A stretch of DNA of 16,071 nt from Candidatus Thorarchaeota archaeon (GCA_020348985.1 CP070761.1:2195889-2211959), one strand, 5' to 3'. Counted from the stretch's first letter, positions 1 through 8,999 are shown. Numbers and translations: made by a program. The notes: generated from the letters alone by a model not told the origin.

Positions 1-54
1 GGGCTTGGCGTGTACTTGATTTCCGACTGATGCACTCCAGTGTGGACACGGTCT

Positions 55-594
55 TCACTCATAGAATCTCCTCTCCAGTACTCTGAGGTATCCTGGCGCG
101 ACCCTCACCATGTATCCAATCCACACAAAGACTGCTATCCCTATAGCCATTGGAACAATGAGCAAGAGAATATCAATCAGCTGACCGCCAGCGACAACTG
201 TGTCATAAAGCTGCATTCCAATGAAGATGACCGGGATTGATACGACAAACATCAGCAAATAGGCCATGAACTTCAAGGCGGGCATCAACGAAGGCGGCGT
301 GCGAACCCTGACAAGTTTCTCGGCATTCTCTGGCAGGCCTTTTCGGAGTGAAAACATGAGATCTGCTGCTGCCCTTCCCAACGGAGTCAAAGTGTATCGT
401 AGACGACCATTCTTCTGAATGAACCCCTCCATTTGTTTGAGGTGGTAGTTTAGACGCCCCGTTGAAGAACCGAATTCGCCCAGCATGTCTGTGTAAGATG
501 CCCCATCTTGGCTGTAAGCCACAAGTCTCAGGATATCACGTCTTACCGTATGAGCAAGCACTTCAAACACAGTTGCTTCGACTTCCTCATGCAT
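55..594 (-). CDS. ArsR/SmtB-type winged-helix protein with two C-terminal transmembrane helices (membrane-anchored regulator)
   Basis: 179 aa. The N-terminus 'VFEVLAHTVRRDILRLV...SYTDML...STGRLNYHLKQMEGFIQK...YTLTPLG' matches the ArsR-like wHTH pattern. Two hydrophobic stretches (FMAYLLMFVVSIPVIFIGM; LIDILLLIVPMAIGIAVFVWIGY) lie near the C-terminus. Confidence 0.8.
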   Translation of the reverse strand: MHEEVEATVFEVLAHTVRRDILRLVAYSQDGASYTDMLGEFGSSTGRLNYHLKQMEGFIQKNGRLRYTLTPLGRAAADLMFSLRKGLPENAEKLVRVRTPPSLMPALKFMAYLLMFVVSIPVIFIGMQLYDTVVAGGQLIDILLLIVPMAIGIAVFVWIGYMVRVAPGYLRVLERRFYE

Positions 595-671
595 TGATTT
601 AACCCTAACCCAGACTATGCACAGTTTAGTAAAATGCCTTTCTGACTAAAATTCCTTGATTGCTCCAGTTG

Positions 672-1370
672 TCATGAAATCTGAAGCAGTCTATACAATT
701 CACCGATCAAATCGAGATAGGCCGGGTTACAGGAATCAATGACCTTCACTGCCTCATATAGGTCACTGAGGTCCAGGCCAAGCTTAATGACTAGATGTTC
801 ATTGTCAGCAAGCCATTCCCCAATCACTCGCTCGCGTTCAGTCTTTATCCTTAGATACTCTTTCGGAATCTTCCGAAAATGAGAAGCCTTAGTTCCGGGA
901 ACAAGTGCCTTGGAGAACTTGGTTACTGTGCCGAACAGCTGCTCATACTTCTGTAGGCGCATTTCGGGATCACTGATGAAGAGATGGCGTGCCACACGTC
1001 CATAATACGCCACCTTGTGACGTCCTTCAAGTATCTTTGAGATGATCTTGATGAGTCCTGCTTCTTCGAGCACTTTGAGGTGAAAGTACATCCCAGTCTT
1101 GCTGACCTTCTTCATCCCAGCCTCCTTGAGCCTCTCTCTTATCTCATCGGCACTCATTGCTCGACGAATCTTTTCAACACGGCTGGGAGTGACAAGCTCC
1201 TCTTGTACACCCTCACGAAGAATGCGTAGTATAGCCCCTCTGGCCGGATGTGATCCAAGCACGTCCTTGCTTGCATTAATGAACGCAGTTCGAGGTATGC
1301 TCTCCCAGAAAGAATACAGAATCTCTCTGTTATCCCCGGAAATCTTCTCGCCAGAACTCGATATCTGCAC
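672..1370 (-). CDS. ArsR-family winged-helix transcriptional regulator with N- and C-terminal extensions
   Basis: 'HPARGAILRILREG...MSADEI...SKTGMYFHLKVLEEAGLIKII...YYGRVAR' is an ArsR-type wHTH. Start moved from the ORF-track 1439 to GTG at 1370, which is preceded by GGGTGG (1377-1382, minus strand). The longer start would run into the promoter and operator region. Confidence 0.8.
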   Translation of the reverse strand: MQISSSGEKISGDNREILYSFWESIPRTAFINASKDVLGSHPARGAILRILREGVQEELVTPSRVEKIRRAMSADEIRERLKEAGMKKVSKTGMYFHLKVLEEAGLIKIISKILEGRHKVAYYGRVARHLFISDPEMRLQKYEQLFGTVTKFSKALVPGTKASHFRKIPKEYLRIKTERERVIGEWLADNEHLVIKLGLDLSDLYEAVKVIDSCNPAYLDLIGELYRLLQIS

Positions 1371-1435
1371 AATTAGCCACCCCAAGAGGCCTACTATCGC
1401 TCCTCTGCTGGAGCCAAAACTGATATATACTTTGT

Positions 1436-1485
1436 CCATTCAAAAAGGATTTGAATGGTAAGCCGTTCATTTTGCATTTGAATGG
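1436..1485. promoter_or_regulatory. Two tandem palindromic operator sites, consensus CCRTTCA-N9-TGAATGG
   Basis: CCATTCAAA-AAGGA-TTTGAATGG (1436-1458, perfect 9-bp arms) and CCGTTCATT-TTGCA-TTTGAATGG (1463-1485), 27 bp apart. They lie in the divergent gap between the ArsR gene and the aldo/keto reductase. A TATA-like GATATATAC sits at about 1422-1430. Confidence 0.7.
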
Positions 1486-1525
1486 TTCCTCAACACAGTT
1501 GTCTGCTAGACTGGTTGTGATAGGA

Positions 1526-2524
1526 TTGAAGAAGCGAAAGTTGGGTAAGAGCGGAATTCAAGTGAGCGCGATGGGAATGGGCTGCTGGGCAATCGGGGGT
1601 CCCTTCATACATCCGAGGCACGGATTTCTGGCCTATGGCCAAGTTGATGACAAGGACTCCGCGGAATCAGTCAAGCTGGGTATCGAGCTCGGCGTTACTT
1701 TGTTCGACACTGCCAACGTCTACGGGTGTGGAAGGAGCGAAAGGGTTCTCGGTGAGGCCTTGAAGGATTACAGATCCGACGTTGTCATTGCCACCAAGTT
1801 CGGGTCAACATTTGAAATCAGTGAATCGGATTCCAAGACACCTTGTAGAGCCATTGGGCGGGATGTGTCGGCCGAGGGGATAATTGAGGCTTGTGATGTA
1901 AGTCTTGAGCGCTTACAGACAGACTACATAGACCTGTATCAGTTGCACTCTGGCGACCTTGAAGTAGAAATGGTGCCTGATGTAATCGAGACGCTAGAAC
2001 ATCTAGTAGATGAAGGAAAGATAAGGTTCTACGGCTGGAGTACTGACGATCCTGAAAGGGCTGCATTGTTTGCAGACGGGCAACACTGTGCAACTGTTCA
2101 GTTCGGACACAACATGCTCTCACACAATGACGACATGATTGAGAACGTAATAGATGGACGAGGACTATCCGGCCTCATCAAGGGACCGTTAGGTTATGGT
2201 CTTCATACTGGCAAATACAAAGATGACTCTGTCTTGCCAAAAGAGCATATGTGGCACGGTACGAAATTCAATGAGGGAAAAGTGCGTAAGGTGCGAAACG
2301 CGTTGGAAAGGGTTCGAGAGATAGTAACTAACGATGGGCGTACTCTTGCGCAGGCCGCCTTGGGCTGGATTTGGGCGGAACACGAGAGATTGATCCCGAT
2401 TCCCGGTTTCAAGAACTCTGATCAAGTTCGAGAGAACGCAACTGCCATGGAGTACGGTCCGCTGAGTAGCAAACAGGCAAGCGAAGTAAGAGGAATTGCA
2501 GCTGAGCTCGTCGAGAGCAACTAA
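1526..2524 (+). CDS. Aldo/keto reductase
   Basis: Typical N-terminus 'KRKLGKSGIQVSAMGMGCWAIGG'. Catalytic tetrad motifs FDTANVYG (D,Y), IATKFG (K) and 'SLERLQTDYIDLYQLH' (H) are present, as is C-terminal 'IPIPGFKNSDQVREN'. Start reassigned to TTG 1526, in frame with the ORF-track ORF at 1451. Confidence 0.93.
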   Translation: MKKRKLGKSGIQVSAMGMGCWAIGGPFIHPRHGFLAYGQVDDKDSAESVKLGIELGVTLFDTANVYGCGRSERVLGEALKDYRSDVVIATKFGSTFEISESDSKTPCRAIGRDVSAEGIIEACDVSLERLQTDYIDLYQLHSGDLEVEMVPDVIETLEHLVDEGKIRFYGWSTDDPERAALFADGQHCATVQFGHNMLSHNDDMIENVIDGRGLSGLIKGPLGYGLHTGKYKDDSVLPKEHMWHGTKFNEGKVRKVRNALERVREIVTNDGRTLAQAALGWIWAEHERLIPIPGFKNSDQVRENATAMEYGPLSSKQASEVRGIAAELVESN

Positions 2525-2558
2525 GACACTCTGATTGAGAATGATGGATGTGGGTGTG

Positions 2559-3365
2559 ATGAGATTCGGCTTTGTTCTGGAAAACTACGGAGAGTTTCTT
2601 GACAGACATCACCTAATCGAGACTGCAAAATGGGCTGAGGAGTCCGGCTTCTCATCAATTTGGGCCACAGATCATGTACTCCCTCCAAGAATCAACAACT
2701 TCCCGCGATTCAACACAATTACCGAGGCAATCACAACCATTAGCTTCTTGGCTGGAGTAACAGACAGGATCAAGCTGGGAGTGTCTACACTTGTTCTTCC
2801 ACTCCGCAATCCAATTCTTGTAGCCAAGCAATTGACTAGTCTTGACTATCTGACCGATGGTCGTGTGATGATGTCCTTCGGCGCGGGCCTCAGTGAAGGA
2901 GAGTTTGGCTTCATGAACATGTCCTTCTCCAACAGGGGAAGACGATTCGATGAAGGTCTTGAGCTAGTGAAGGTCCTGTGGTCAGGAAAAGACACTTTCA
3001 AGGGGAGACATTACTCCTTCGAGGACGCGTCGTTCAGTCCCAACGATCCGGATTCTCATAGAATACCAATATGGATAGCAGGCAACAGCGAACGAGCATG
3101 TCGCAGAGCCATCAAATATGCCGACGGGTGGCATCCTGTGAATCTCCAAGCGTCGGAAATAATAGAGAAACTAGAAGCATGGGATATTGAGACTCCTAGC
3201 AATGGCTTTGAGATTGCTTTAAGACGAACAATCTTAGATGTATCTGCACTGAGGCCTCTCTTGGACTCATTTGAGAGTACTCTAGTCAGCTATGTGCTCC
3301 TCAAGCTGCCTAGAGAGAAGAAATCGCTGCGGCAAGTCGCTGATGACATGGCTTCGTATGTCTAG
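2559..3365 (+). CDS. LLM-class flavin-dependent oxidoreductase, probably F420-dependent (Rv2161c/TIGR03619-like)
   Basis: 'MRFG...AEESGFSSIWATDHV...SFLAGVTDRIKLGVSTLVLPLRNPILVAKQLTSLDYLTDGR...PIWIAGNSERACRRAIKYADGWHP'. Probable start is ATG 2559. The subfamily call is from motif recall. Confidence 0.88.
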   Translation: MRFGFVLENYGEFLDRHHLIETAKWAEESGFSSIWATDHVLPPRINNFPRFNTITEAITTISFLAGVTDRIKLGVSTLVLPLRNPILVAKQLTSLDYLTDGRVMMSFGAGLSEGEFGFMNMSFSNRGRRFDEGLELVKVLWSGKDTFKGRHYSFEDASFSPNDPDSHRIPIWIAGNSERACRRAIKYADGWHPVNLQASEIIEKLEAWDIETPSNGFEIALRRTILDVSALRPLLDSFESTLVSYVLLKLPREKKSLRQVADDMASYV

Positions 3366-3393
3366 TCAATCGATGAAGATGGAATGTGGTAGA

Positions 3394-4344
3394 ATGAGCC
3401 TCAAATTTGGAATTCAGATCGGGAACTACTTTGGTTTCGACTATGAGACCATCATGAAACTTGCGCTGACTGCGGAAGAGACTGGTTACGACTCTCTCTG
3501 GATTAGCGACCACTTCTTCATCGACAAGAACCCCGAAACAACGTCCTGTCTGGAAGCATGGACCGTTCTCTCCGCGCTGGCATCTATAACAAAGAAACTC
3601 AGACTGGGCACGTTGGTCACTTGCAACGGATTCAGGCATCCCTCAGTCCTAGCCAAGATTGCTGCAACTGTTGATGTAATCTCAAATGGCAGATTAGAAT
3701 TTGGGATTGGGGCCGGCTGGAAGAAAAACGAGCATGTCAACTATGGGATTCCGTTCCCTAGTTTGAAAGAGCGAATGGATAGGCTAGAGGAATCAGTTCA
3801 GATCATCAAGAAGCTGTGGACCGAACCTGCCGCCAGTTTCGACGGAACGTATTATCAACTCAACGACGCGTTCTTTGCTCCAAAACCAATTCAACAGATT
3901 CCTCCTGTCTTCATTGCAGGCCGCGGTGAAAAGAGGACGCTCCGGATTGTGGCAAAGCACGGTGACTACTGCAACTTTCTCTACTCCGTTGAACCTGAAG
4001 AGGCTGCCAGGCTACTGGGGATTCTAAAAGAACATTGCAAGGCAGTTGACAGGGACTATGACGAAGTCGGCAAGTCCTATTTTGCATATGTCATCATGGG
4101 TGAGACAGAAGACGACCTGCACCGACTCTTGGAGCAGATGGCGGAGAAGCGAGAGATTTCGATTGATGAGCTCAACAGCAATTTTCCCGCGAATGTCTTT
4201 CTGGGAACACCGGAGGTAGTAGAATCCAAGTTTGAGGAGATGATAGGTCTCGGCTTCGACTACTTCCAGATTCAATTCCCATACCGCGATGATCTTGAGC
4301 AGTGTAAATTGTTCGCCAGAGTGCTTTTACCCAAGTTACGGTGA
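3394..4344 (+). CDS. LLM-class F420-dependent oxidoreductase (Rv1855c/TIGR03560-like)
   Basis: 'AEETGYDSLWISDHF...LEAWTVLSALA...LRLGTLVTCNGFRHPSVLAKIAATVDVISNGRLEFGIGAGW...EH..YGIPFP...ERMDRLEE...PKPIQ...GEKRTLRIVAKH'. Start at ATG 3394 avoids the overlap with the previous gene implied by the ORF-track start at 3292. Confidence 0.9.
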   Translation: MSLKFGIQIGNYFGFDYETIMKLALTAEETGYDSLWISDHFFIDKNPETTSCLEAWTVLSALASITKKLRLGTLVTCNGFRHPSVLAKIAATVDVISNGRLEFGIGAGWKKNEHVNYGIPFPSLKERMDRLEESVQIIKKLWTEPAASFDGTYYQLNDAFFAPKPIQQIPPVFIAGRGEKRTLRIVAKHGDYCNFLYSVEPEEAARLLGILKEHCKAVDRDYDEVGKSYFAYVIMGETEDDLHRLLEQMAEKREISIDELNSNFPANVFLGTPEVVESKFEEMIGLGFDYFQIQFPYRDDLEQCKLFARVLLPKLR

Positions 4345-4428
4345 TAAGAGCACGCAAACCTCTTTAGCTAATCACAATCATGCAAGCTTAGTGAGGGAAT
4401 CCTCGCTCTCGATCATGAGGATGGTTGC

Positions 4429-5811
4429 GTGGAACTGACCGACACCGAGGGGCACACAGTTGAATCTTCATTGAATGCCATGAACGCCGAAGCAATCGCC
4501 AGAGAAATCTTCAGCAGTTTTGACCTATCTCTTCCGACATCAACTGAGCTGATCATTAGAGAACCTGTTCCACTGCCCAAGGCGCATGCTGAGATCACAG
4601 AATCGGGAATACGACTTGTGGCCGCTTCTGAAACGGAGGCAAGACGGGCTATTGGCAGGCTGGCAATCAAGAAATCATGGCCGTGTTACAAGTGGATGCT
4701 TGCAACTAGCCTTGGTCTATCCGTATGGCTTGCGATTCTTATTGACTTCCTAATGCTGGGCTCGGCGCTCCTGCTATGGATTAGTCTTCCTCCTGACTTA
4801 TCGCTATTTGGTTCTGTGGTAGTCATCATTGCAGCATTTCTTCAGAATCCATTGATGTTAGCAATGCCAATCATGAGCAACAGGGCCAGATATGAACTGG
4901 AGGAACTCATGTCAAGTATAGATGGAATCTCGGAATTTGACGCGGGTGACTACTCGTATGCAGATTATACGGTAATCCTCGCCATTGGTTTCGCACTGAT
5001 CTCGTTGCTGGTCATTCTCCCTTTCGCAGAAACGAACAACGCTCCCGTGCTTGTGTCCTTCTTCCTGAACATTCTAGTCATGTGGATCCTGGCTCTGTAT
5101 CTCAACTTCAAGGAGTCAGATATGGACCGATGCAAAAAGTACTATCGTGAGCTCTACAAGGACGAAGAAATGGAGACGCCCAAGACGCATGAGACACCAG
5201 CGGAACTTGAAATTAGGGAGACCATCTTGCGCTATGCACAAGAGCTTGAGTTCGAGGGCTTCGAGAACGAAGAGGCGTCTGAACCTAAGTCAGTCGAAGT
5301 CACGTTTATGAAAGTCAGCTCTCCTCAATGCAGAACCGCTGACTACGTTTTCGAAGACGATTCCATTTCTTTCCAGATTCTGGACCTCAATACACGTGTT
5401 GCCAAGCAATTGACTATTGCGACACTGATCTGGCGACATACTGTTCTTGATCGGGGGATGAAGATGCCTGGTGTTCAAGTAATAACTGGAGTCCTTCTTC
5501 CTATCGCTTTAATCCTGCTTTACATGCTCACTGGCTTCATCGTCGGAACTGCAATAGCTATTGCTGGCGCAATCGTCTTTGTCTGGGCCACACTTCGTGT
5601 GATCGAAATGGATGCCGGAATTGAAGAAAGGGCCTATACGGCGCTCGAAAGCACTGCTCTGTACAGTCCATACGAATTTGTAGACTATGCACGGATGGTA
5701 TTTCGCAGAGACCGACGAGGCGCTATCAGATTCATTTATGGCGTTGTTGGATTCTACATGATCCTGATACTGTTTGCCTTTTGGTCTAGCTACTGGTCTC
5801 CTTTTCCTTGA
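4429..5811 (+). CDS. Multi-pass membrane protein of unknown function with an apparent internal duplication (possible inactive M48/HtpX-like domains)
   Basis: 460 aa with about 7-8 hydrophobic segments. The layout is soluble domain, TM cluster, soluble domain, TM cluster. No HExxH motif is present. Confidence 0.75.
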   Translation: MELTDTEGHTVESSLNAMNAEAIAREIFSSFDLSLPTSTELIIREPVPLPKAHAEITESGIRLVAASETEARRAIGRLAIKKSWPCYKWMLATSLGLSVWLAILIDFLMLGSALLLWISLPPDLSLFGSVVVIIAAFLQNPLMLAMPIMSNRARYELEELMSSIDGISEFDAGDYSYADYTVILAIGFALISLLVILPFAETNNAPVLVSFFLNILVMWILALYLNFKESDMDRCKKYYRELYKDEEMETPKTHETPAELEIRETILRYAQELEFEGFENEEASEPKSVEVTFMKVSSPQCRTADYVFEDDSISFQILDLNTRVAKQLTIATLIWRHTVLDRGMKMPGVQVITGVLLPIALILLYMLTGFIVGTAIAIAGAIVFVWATLRVIEMDAGIEERAYTALESTALYSPYEFVDYARMVFRRDRRGAIRFIYGVVGFYMILILFAFWSSYWSPFP

Positions 5812-5842
5812 CTCTCTGAGGAAGCAATCCTGGGAAGACCAT

Positions 5843-5894
5843 TGACTGAGAGGCAGCCGTGAGTGAGAGTGAGGGCCGGTTGGCTTCTCAATCA
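5843..5894 (+). terminator. Imperfect stem-loop between convergent genes (possible terminator or 3' stabilising hairpin)
   Basis: TGACTGAGAGGCAGCCG (5843-5859) can pair with CGGTTGGCTTCTCAATCA (5877-5894) with one mismatch, one bulge and two G-U pairs. It sits in the 84-bp gap between two convergent stop codons. Confidence 0.3.
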
Positions 5895-5895
5895 G

Positions 5896-7164
5896 CTACA
5901 CTTGGGGGGAATCCCGTCTCGAGCGTAGTTCCACCACAGCAATTACGATGATAATGCCTCCCGCGATGATTATCGAAGCTGTTTGCGGATTGAAGCCTGG
6001 AATGTACACTTCGACAATGACTGTATCTTGTGCCCGACTCCCTTCATCGTCATGGAGTGAGAGGGTGAGATTGTACCTTCCTATGCCCAAATCGTCGAGA
6101 GAGTGCTCAATTGGTCCGCAGCCTTGAAGGCTACGTGTTTCAATCCTCTCTCCATTCACCCAGAGATTCAGCTCACAAGGGCCACTCCACACAATCCACG
6201 TTATCGTTGTACGATTTGTCCCTTGCGGCACCAATACATTGTCTGGACTGCTGATTATTGGTGCAAACTGATATCTGGCCTCCACCATGCCAGGAAAACG
6301 GTCTATACTTCCAGCACTTCCTTCAATCACTACCTGCCCGCTAATGCTTTCGCCAAGCCAGAAGTTACCAATGCCAGAGCCGTCGTCCCACTTGTTGTCA
6401 GTTCCAGAATCTTGTGCGTCGTCATCATTGTCAAGCAGATTTCCGTAGACCGTGTTGCTTGTGCCGAATTGTATGCTCAGACCGTGCAGATCGCTACCGC
6501 TGATGTAGTTGTACGTGAAAATGCTTCCACTATCTCCAAGCACCTCGATGCCATTGGAGCAGTCCATAACTCTGTTCCCAGTGTAAAGGCAACCTACTGA
6601 ATGATCAGCCCTGATGCCTTCATTTGGAGATTCCACAATGGCATTGCTTTTCACAACCGCGCCGATTGAATCGGCTACGAAGACTCCATACGGAAATGGA
6701 CTCTGAATGACATTGAATTCCACTGTTGTGGTTGATACCCCCTGTAACCAGATTCCGCCAACAGAGAGGAAGTTGTTGTACACAACTCCGTTTGCTATGT
6801 CTTCTAGGTGTATGGCAAACATGTACGATCCAAGAGAAGTGACCAAAGAGCAGTTCTCAATCACGAACCACACATCTGTGTTGAAGACACTGATGCATTC
6901 ACCACCCGAGAATATCACCAAATCGGAGATGACAAACGGATTTACACGCGTACCTGCACCTGGCCATCCTTGTGACTCGAAGTCATCATTGGATGTGATG
7001 AGAATGGGGTCACGTGAGAAGTCTCTTGCATCCGACCATAGCTCGTCAGATGTCTCATAATCCGTAACAGTCTCCACTGAAGATACTGAGTCGTTTGCTG
7101 TCCCCATGAAAAGGACTAGCAGTAGGACAAGGATGATTGGTGCGATCTTCCTACTGAATCCCAA
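5896..7164 (-). CDS. Membrane-anchored surface protein: right-handed parallel beta-helix (NosD/PbH1), one Ig-like domain, C-terminal TM
   Basis: Signal peptide (MGFSRKIAPIILVLLLVLFMG), cap motif 'PILITSNDDF..QGWPGAGTRVNPFVI', repeated 'GI.l....N.I' beta-helix coils, end motif 'DSGTDNKWDDG..GNFW', an Ig-like 'PIISSPDN...ITW...YNLTL' module, and TM 'IIIAGGIIIVIAVV' followed by basic residues. Confidence 0.88.
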   Translation of the reverse strand: MGFSRKIAPIILVLLLVLFMGTANDSVSSVETVTDYETSDELWSDARDFSRDPILITSNDDFESQGWPGAGTRVNPFVISDLVIFSGGECISVFNTDVWFVIENCSLVTSLGSYMFAIHLEDIANGVVYNNFLSVGGIWLQGVSTTTVEFNVIQSPFPYGVFVADSIGAVVKSNAIVESPNEGIRADHSVGCLYTGNRVMDCSNGIEVLGDSGSIFTYNYISGSDLHGLSIQFGTSNTVYGNLLDNDDDAQDSGTDNKWDDGSGIGNFWLGESISGQVVIEGSAGSIDRFPGMVEARYQFAPIISSPDNVLVPQGTNRTTITWIVWSGPCELNLWVNGERIETRSLQGCGPIEHSLDDLGIGRYNLTLSLHDDEGSRAQDTVIVEVYIPGFNPQTASIIIAGGIIIVIAVVELRSRRDSPQV

Positions 7165-7403
7165 CTACAATGTCTCCCGAATTGCCATGTGCAGGAACTC
7201 GCTCTTCTGAACCTGCTTCTTTTCTGCTTCTGCGGACGTCCATGACAACAACAGTTCTTCACTACGTCTCGACTGGCTTTCGTATTATCACTTCCGATTC
7301 AAATACTGATTCTGCTCATCAAAGACGCCCATTCGCTTCCGGTTCGGCATGTGTGGAAACAACCTTAAGAAAATCGGTGAATAGAATGCCGTGGTGAGCG
7401 GGA

Positions 7404-8066
7404 GTGAAGTATGGGTGGGTCCTTCTTGTTCTGCTTCTTCTGCCCTATAGTATGAAACTCCCCTTTGTACCAAGCCGCGTGTTGGATAGCAACACAGTTG
7501 GACTATATGAAGCTCAGACAGATTTCGATCCAGAAGGGTACATGGCGTTCAATATCAGCATTCATCTAGAGCTCGTAGGAATCAATGAGTCGTCAGTGTA
7601 TCATGACTGTGCAACGTCAGAAAAGCTGGTGGCGATCAGATTCAGATTTGTAGATGGTGGAATTACGGATCGATGGATCATCAATAGGACTATGGCAACA
7701 AGCAATGTGACTGTTCCTCAAGTGGAGAATGATACCTATACTGAATGGACTGAACAGCTGACTCATGTCTCGGTTGAGCGGCGGGTAGAGAACTTCCAGC
7801 TCGGCGATAACACATTCGAGTTTGCTATCGAGTTCGAGATCGAATTTGCAGAGGAACCTGAAGCAGCCCACGAAGAGATTGAGTTCGGATGCGTAGTTCA
7901 CCTGGATGGAACGGCTTCTCCAAGTGGTCCGGAATATCCAGGTGGCTCCACATCTCCAGGTGATCAGGCTTTTCCATGGTCTGTTGTTCTTGCTGTGGCA
8001 GGTGTGGGCTTGATTGTTGTCATGGGAGTTGCGGTTCTGAGGATGAGAACAAAAAAGAGCTCGTAG
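7404..8066 (+). CDS. Secreted or membrane-anchored hypothetical protein (signal peptide, acidic beta-rich domain, Pro/Gly/Ser linker, C-terminal TM)
   Basis: 220 aa. N-terminal hydrophobic signal, linker 'ASPSGPEYPGGSTSPG', TM 'WSVVLAVAGVGLIVVMGVAVL' then RMRTKK. Several N-x-S/T sequons. Confidence 0.75.
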   Translation: MKYGWVLLVLLLLPYSMKLPFVPSRVLDSNTVGLYEAQTDFDPEGYMAFNISIHLELVGINESSVYHDCATSEKLVAIRFRFVDGGITDRWIINRTMATSNVTVPQVENDTYTEWTEQLTHVSVERRVENFQLGDNTFEFAIEFEIEFAEEPEAAHEEIEFGCVVHLDGTASPSGPEYPGGSTSPGDQAFPWSVVLAVAGVGLIVVMGVAVLRMRTKKSS

Positions 8067-8171
8067 ATGTTCCCTGATTTTCGTACAGCACTCTTCAATT
8101 TGAAAGCAAGCACGTTGCGCTGTTATGATGCTAAATATGCCAATCCTGTTCAATTCAATTGAGGATTTGAA

Positions 8172-8999
8172 ATGCAGACTCTAGAACAAGTGAGCAAGGA
8201 ACCTTCAAGCAAGATTGAGAGCGCCCAAACCAGATTCGAAGTCATAACTCGAAAATGGTGGTTCTTCGTCTTGCTGATTGCGCTTCAGTTTGCTTCTCCC
8301 TACACATCAGTCTCAGTTGACCCGTCTGAATATGGTTGGGTCACTGGAGCGGTTCTTTCTGAAGCGTTGATTTATGACATGAGCTTTCTCTATCCAATCT
8401 TCAAGATCGCTCCCATCTTGTTGGTCGCGTCGCTCTACGTGTTCAAGAATCGGGCATCTCGAATCCTAAGTGTTTATGCCGGCATCACGTACGTCCTGTT
8501 TGCCTTCCTCCAGAGTATGGCCTTCACAGAGGATTATGGTTTTGCTATCATCTTCTCAAACCTGTTCATGTTTCTCCTGGTTGCTGCGGCGTGGTTCTGG
8601 GAAGCAGCTGCCCAGAAGAATGATCTCTCGTCATTTGATATCGGTCTCTCGAGAGTCTGGGTTGTCCCTCTTGCCGTTGCAGCGTTTTGGTACCCCTTAG
8701 AACCTGTCACACTAGTGCCAGATTTCAACCCGCTCTACCTAATCACAAACATGGCTGGCCTGGCTTTCTGTCTCATGACTCCTTTGTACCTCTCAGTTCT
8801 GATTTTGGCCTTTCCAAATGTCAACTTGGCTACAATGAGAGTTACGAGTGTCGTAGGAATCATCATTGCATTCTACAACATCTTGGTGAACTTCGTGATG
8901 TTTCCGGAGCTGCTCTTCTGGAATGGGCTTCTGCACATCCCACTGCTTGTCATCTCGGTTTACTCTGCTGCCTTGTCTTTCCGTCATCGGGCTCCATGA
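8172..8999 (+). CDS. Polytopic integral membrane protein of unknown function (about 8 TM)
   Basis: 275 aa, strongly hydrophobic. GAGG ribosome-binding site at 8161-8164 upstream of the ATG. Confidence 0.8.
   Translation: MQTLEQVSKEPSSKIESAQTRFEVITRKWWFFVLLIALQFASPYTSVSVDPSEYGWVTGAVLSEALIYDMSFLYPIFKIAPILLVASLYVFKNRASRILSVYAGITYVLFAFLQSMAFTEDYGFAIIFSNLFMFLLVAAAWFWEAAAQKNDLSSFDIGLSRVWVVPLAVAAFWYPLEPVTLVPDFNPLYLITNMAGLAFCLMTPLYLSVLILAFPNVNLATMRVTSVVGIIIAFYNILVNFVMFPELLFWNGLLHIPLLVISVYSAALSFRHRAP

Noticed and set aside
599-612. TTAACCCTAACCC, resembling a telomeric (CCCTAA)n repeat
   Set aside because: Only two units, expected by chance, and it lies in the upstream region of the 55-594 gene.
5896-7164. 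Nitrous-oxide reductase accessory function implied by the 'NosD' domain
   Set aside because: No nosZ/F/Y context. The domain is a generic parallel beta-helix common in archaeal surface proteins.
7170-7397. 75-aa ORF filling the divergent gap between two surface-protein genes
   Set aside because: It covers the space needed for two promoters and overlaps the RBS of the 7164 gene, with no protein-like features.
8154-8171. TTCA…AGGATTTGAA, similar to the 1436-1458 operator
   Set aside because: Spacing is N10 rather than N9, the outer CCA/TGG arms are missing, and the GAGG is explained as the RBS.
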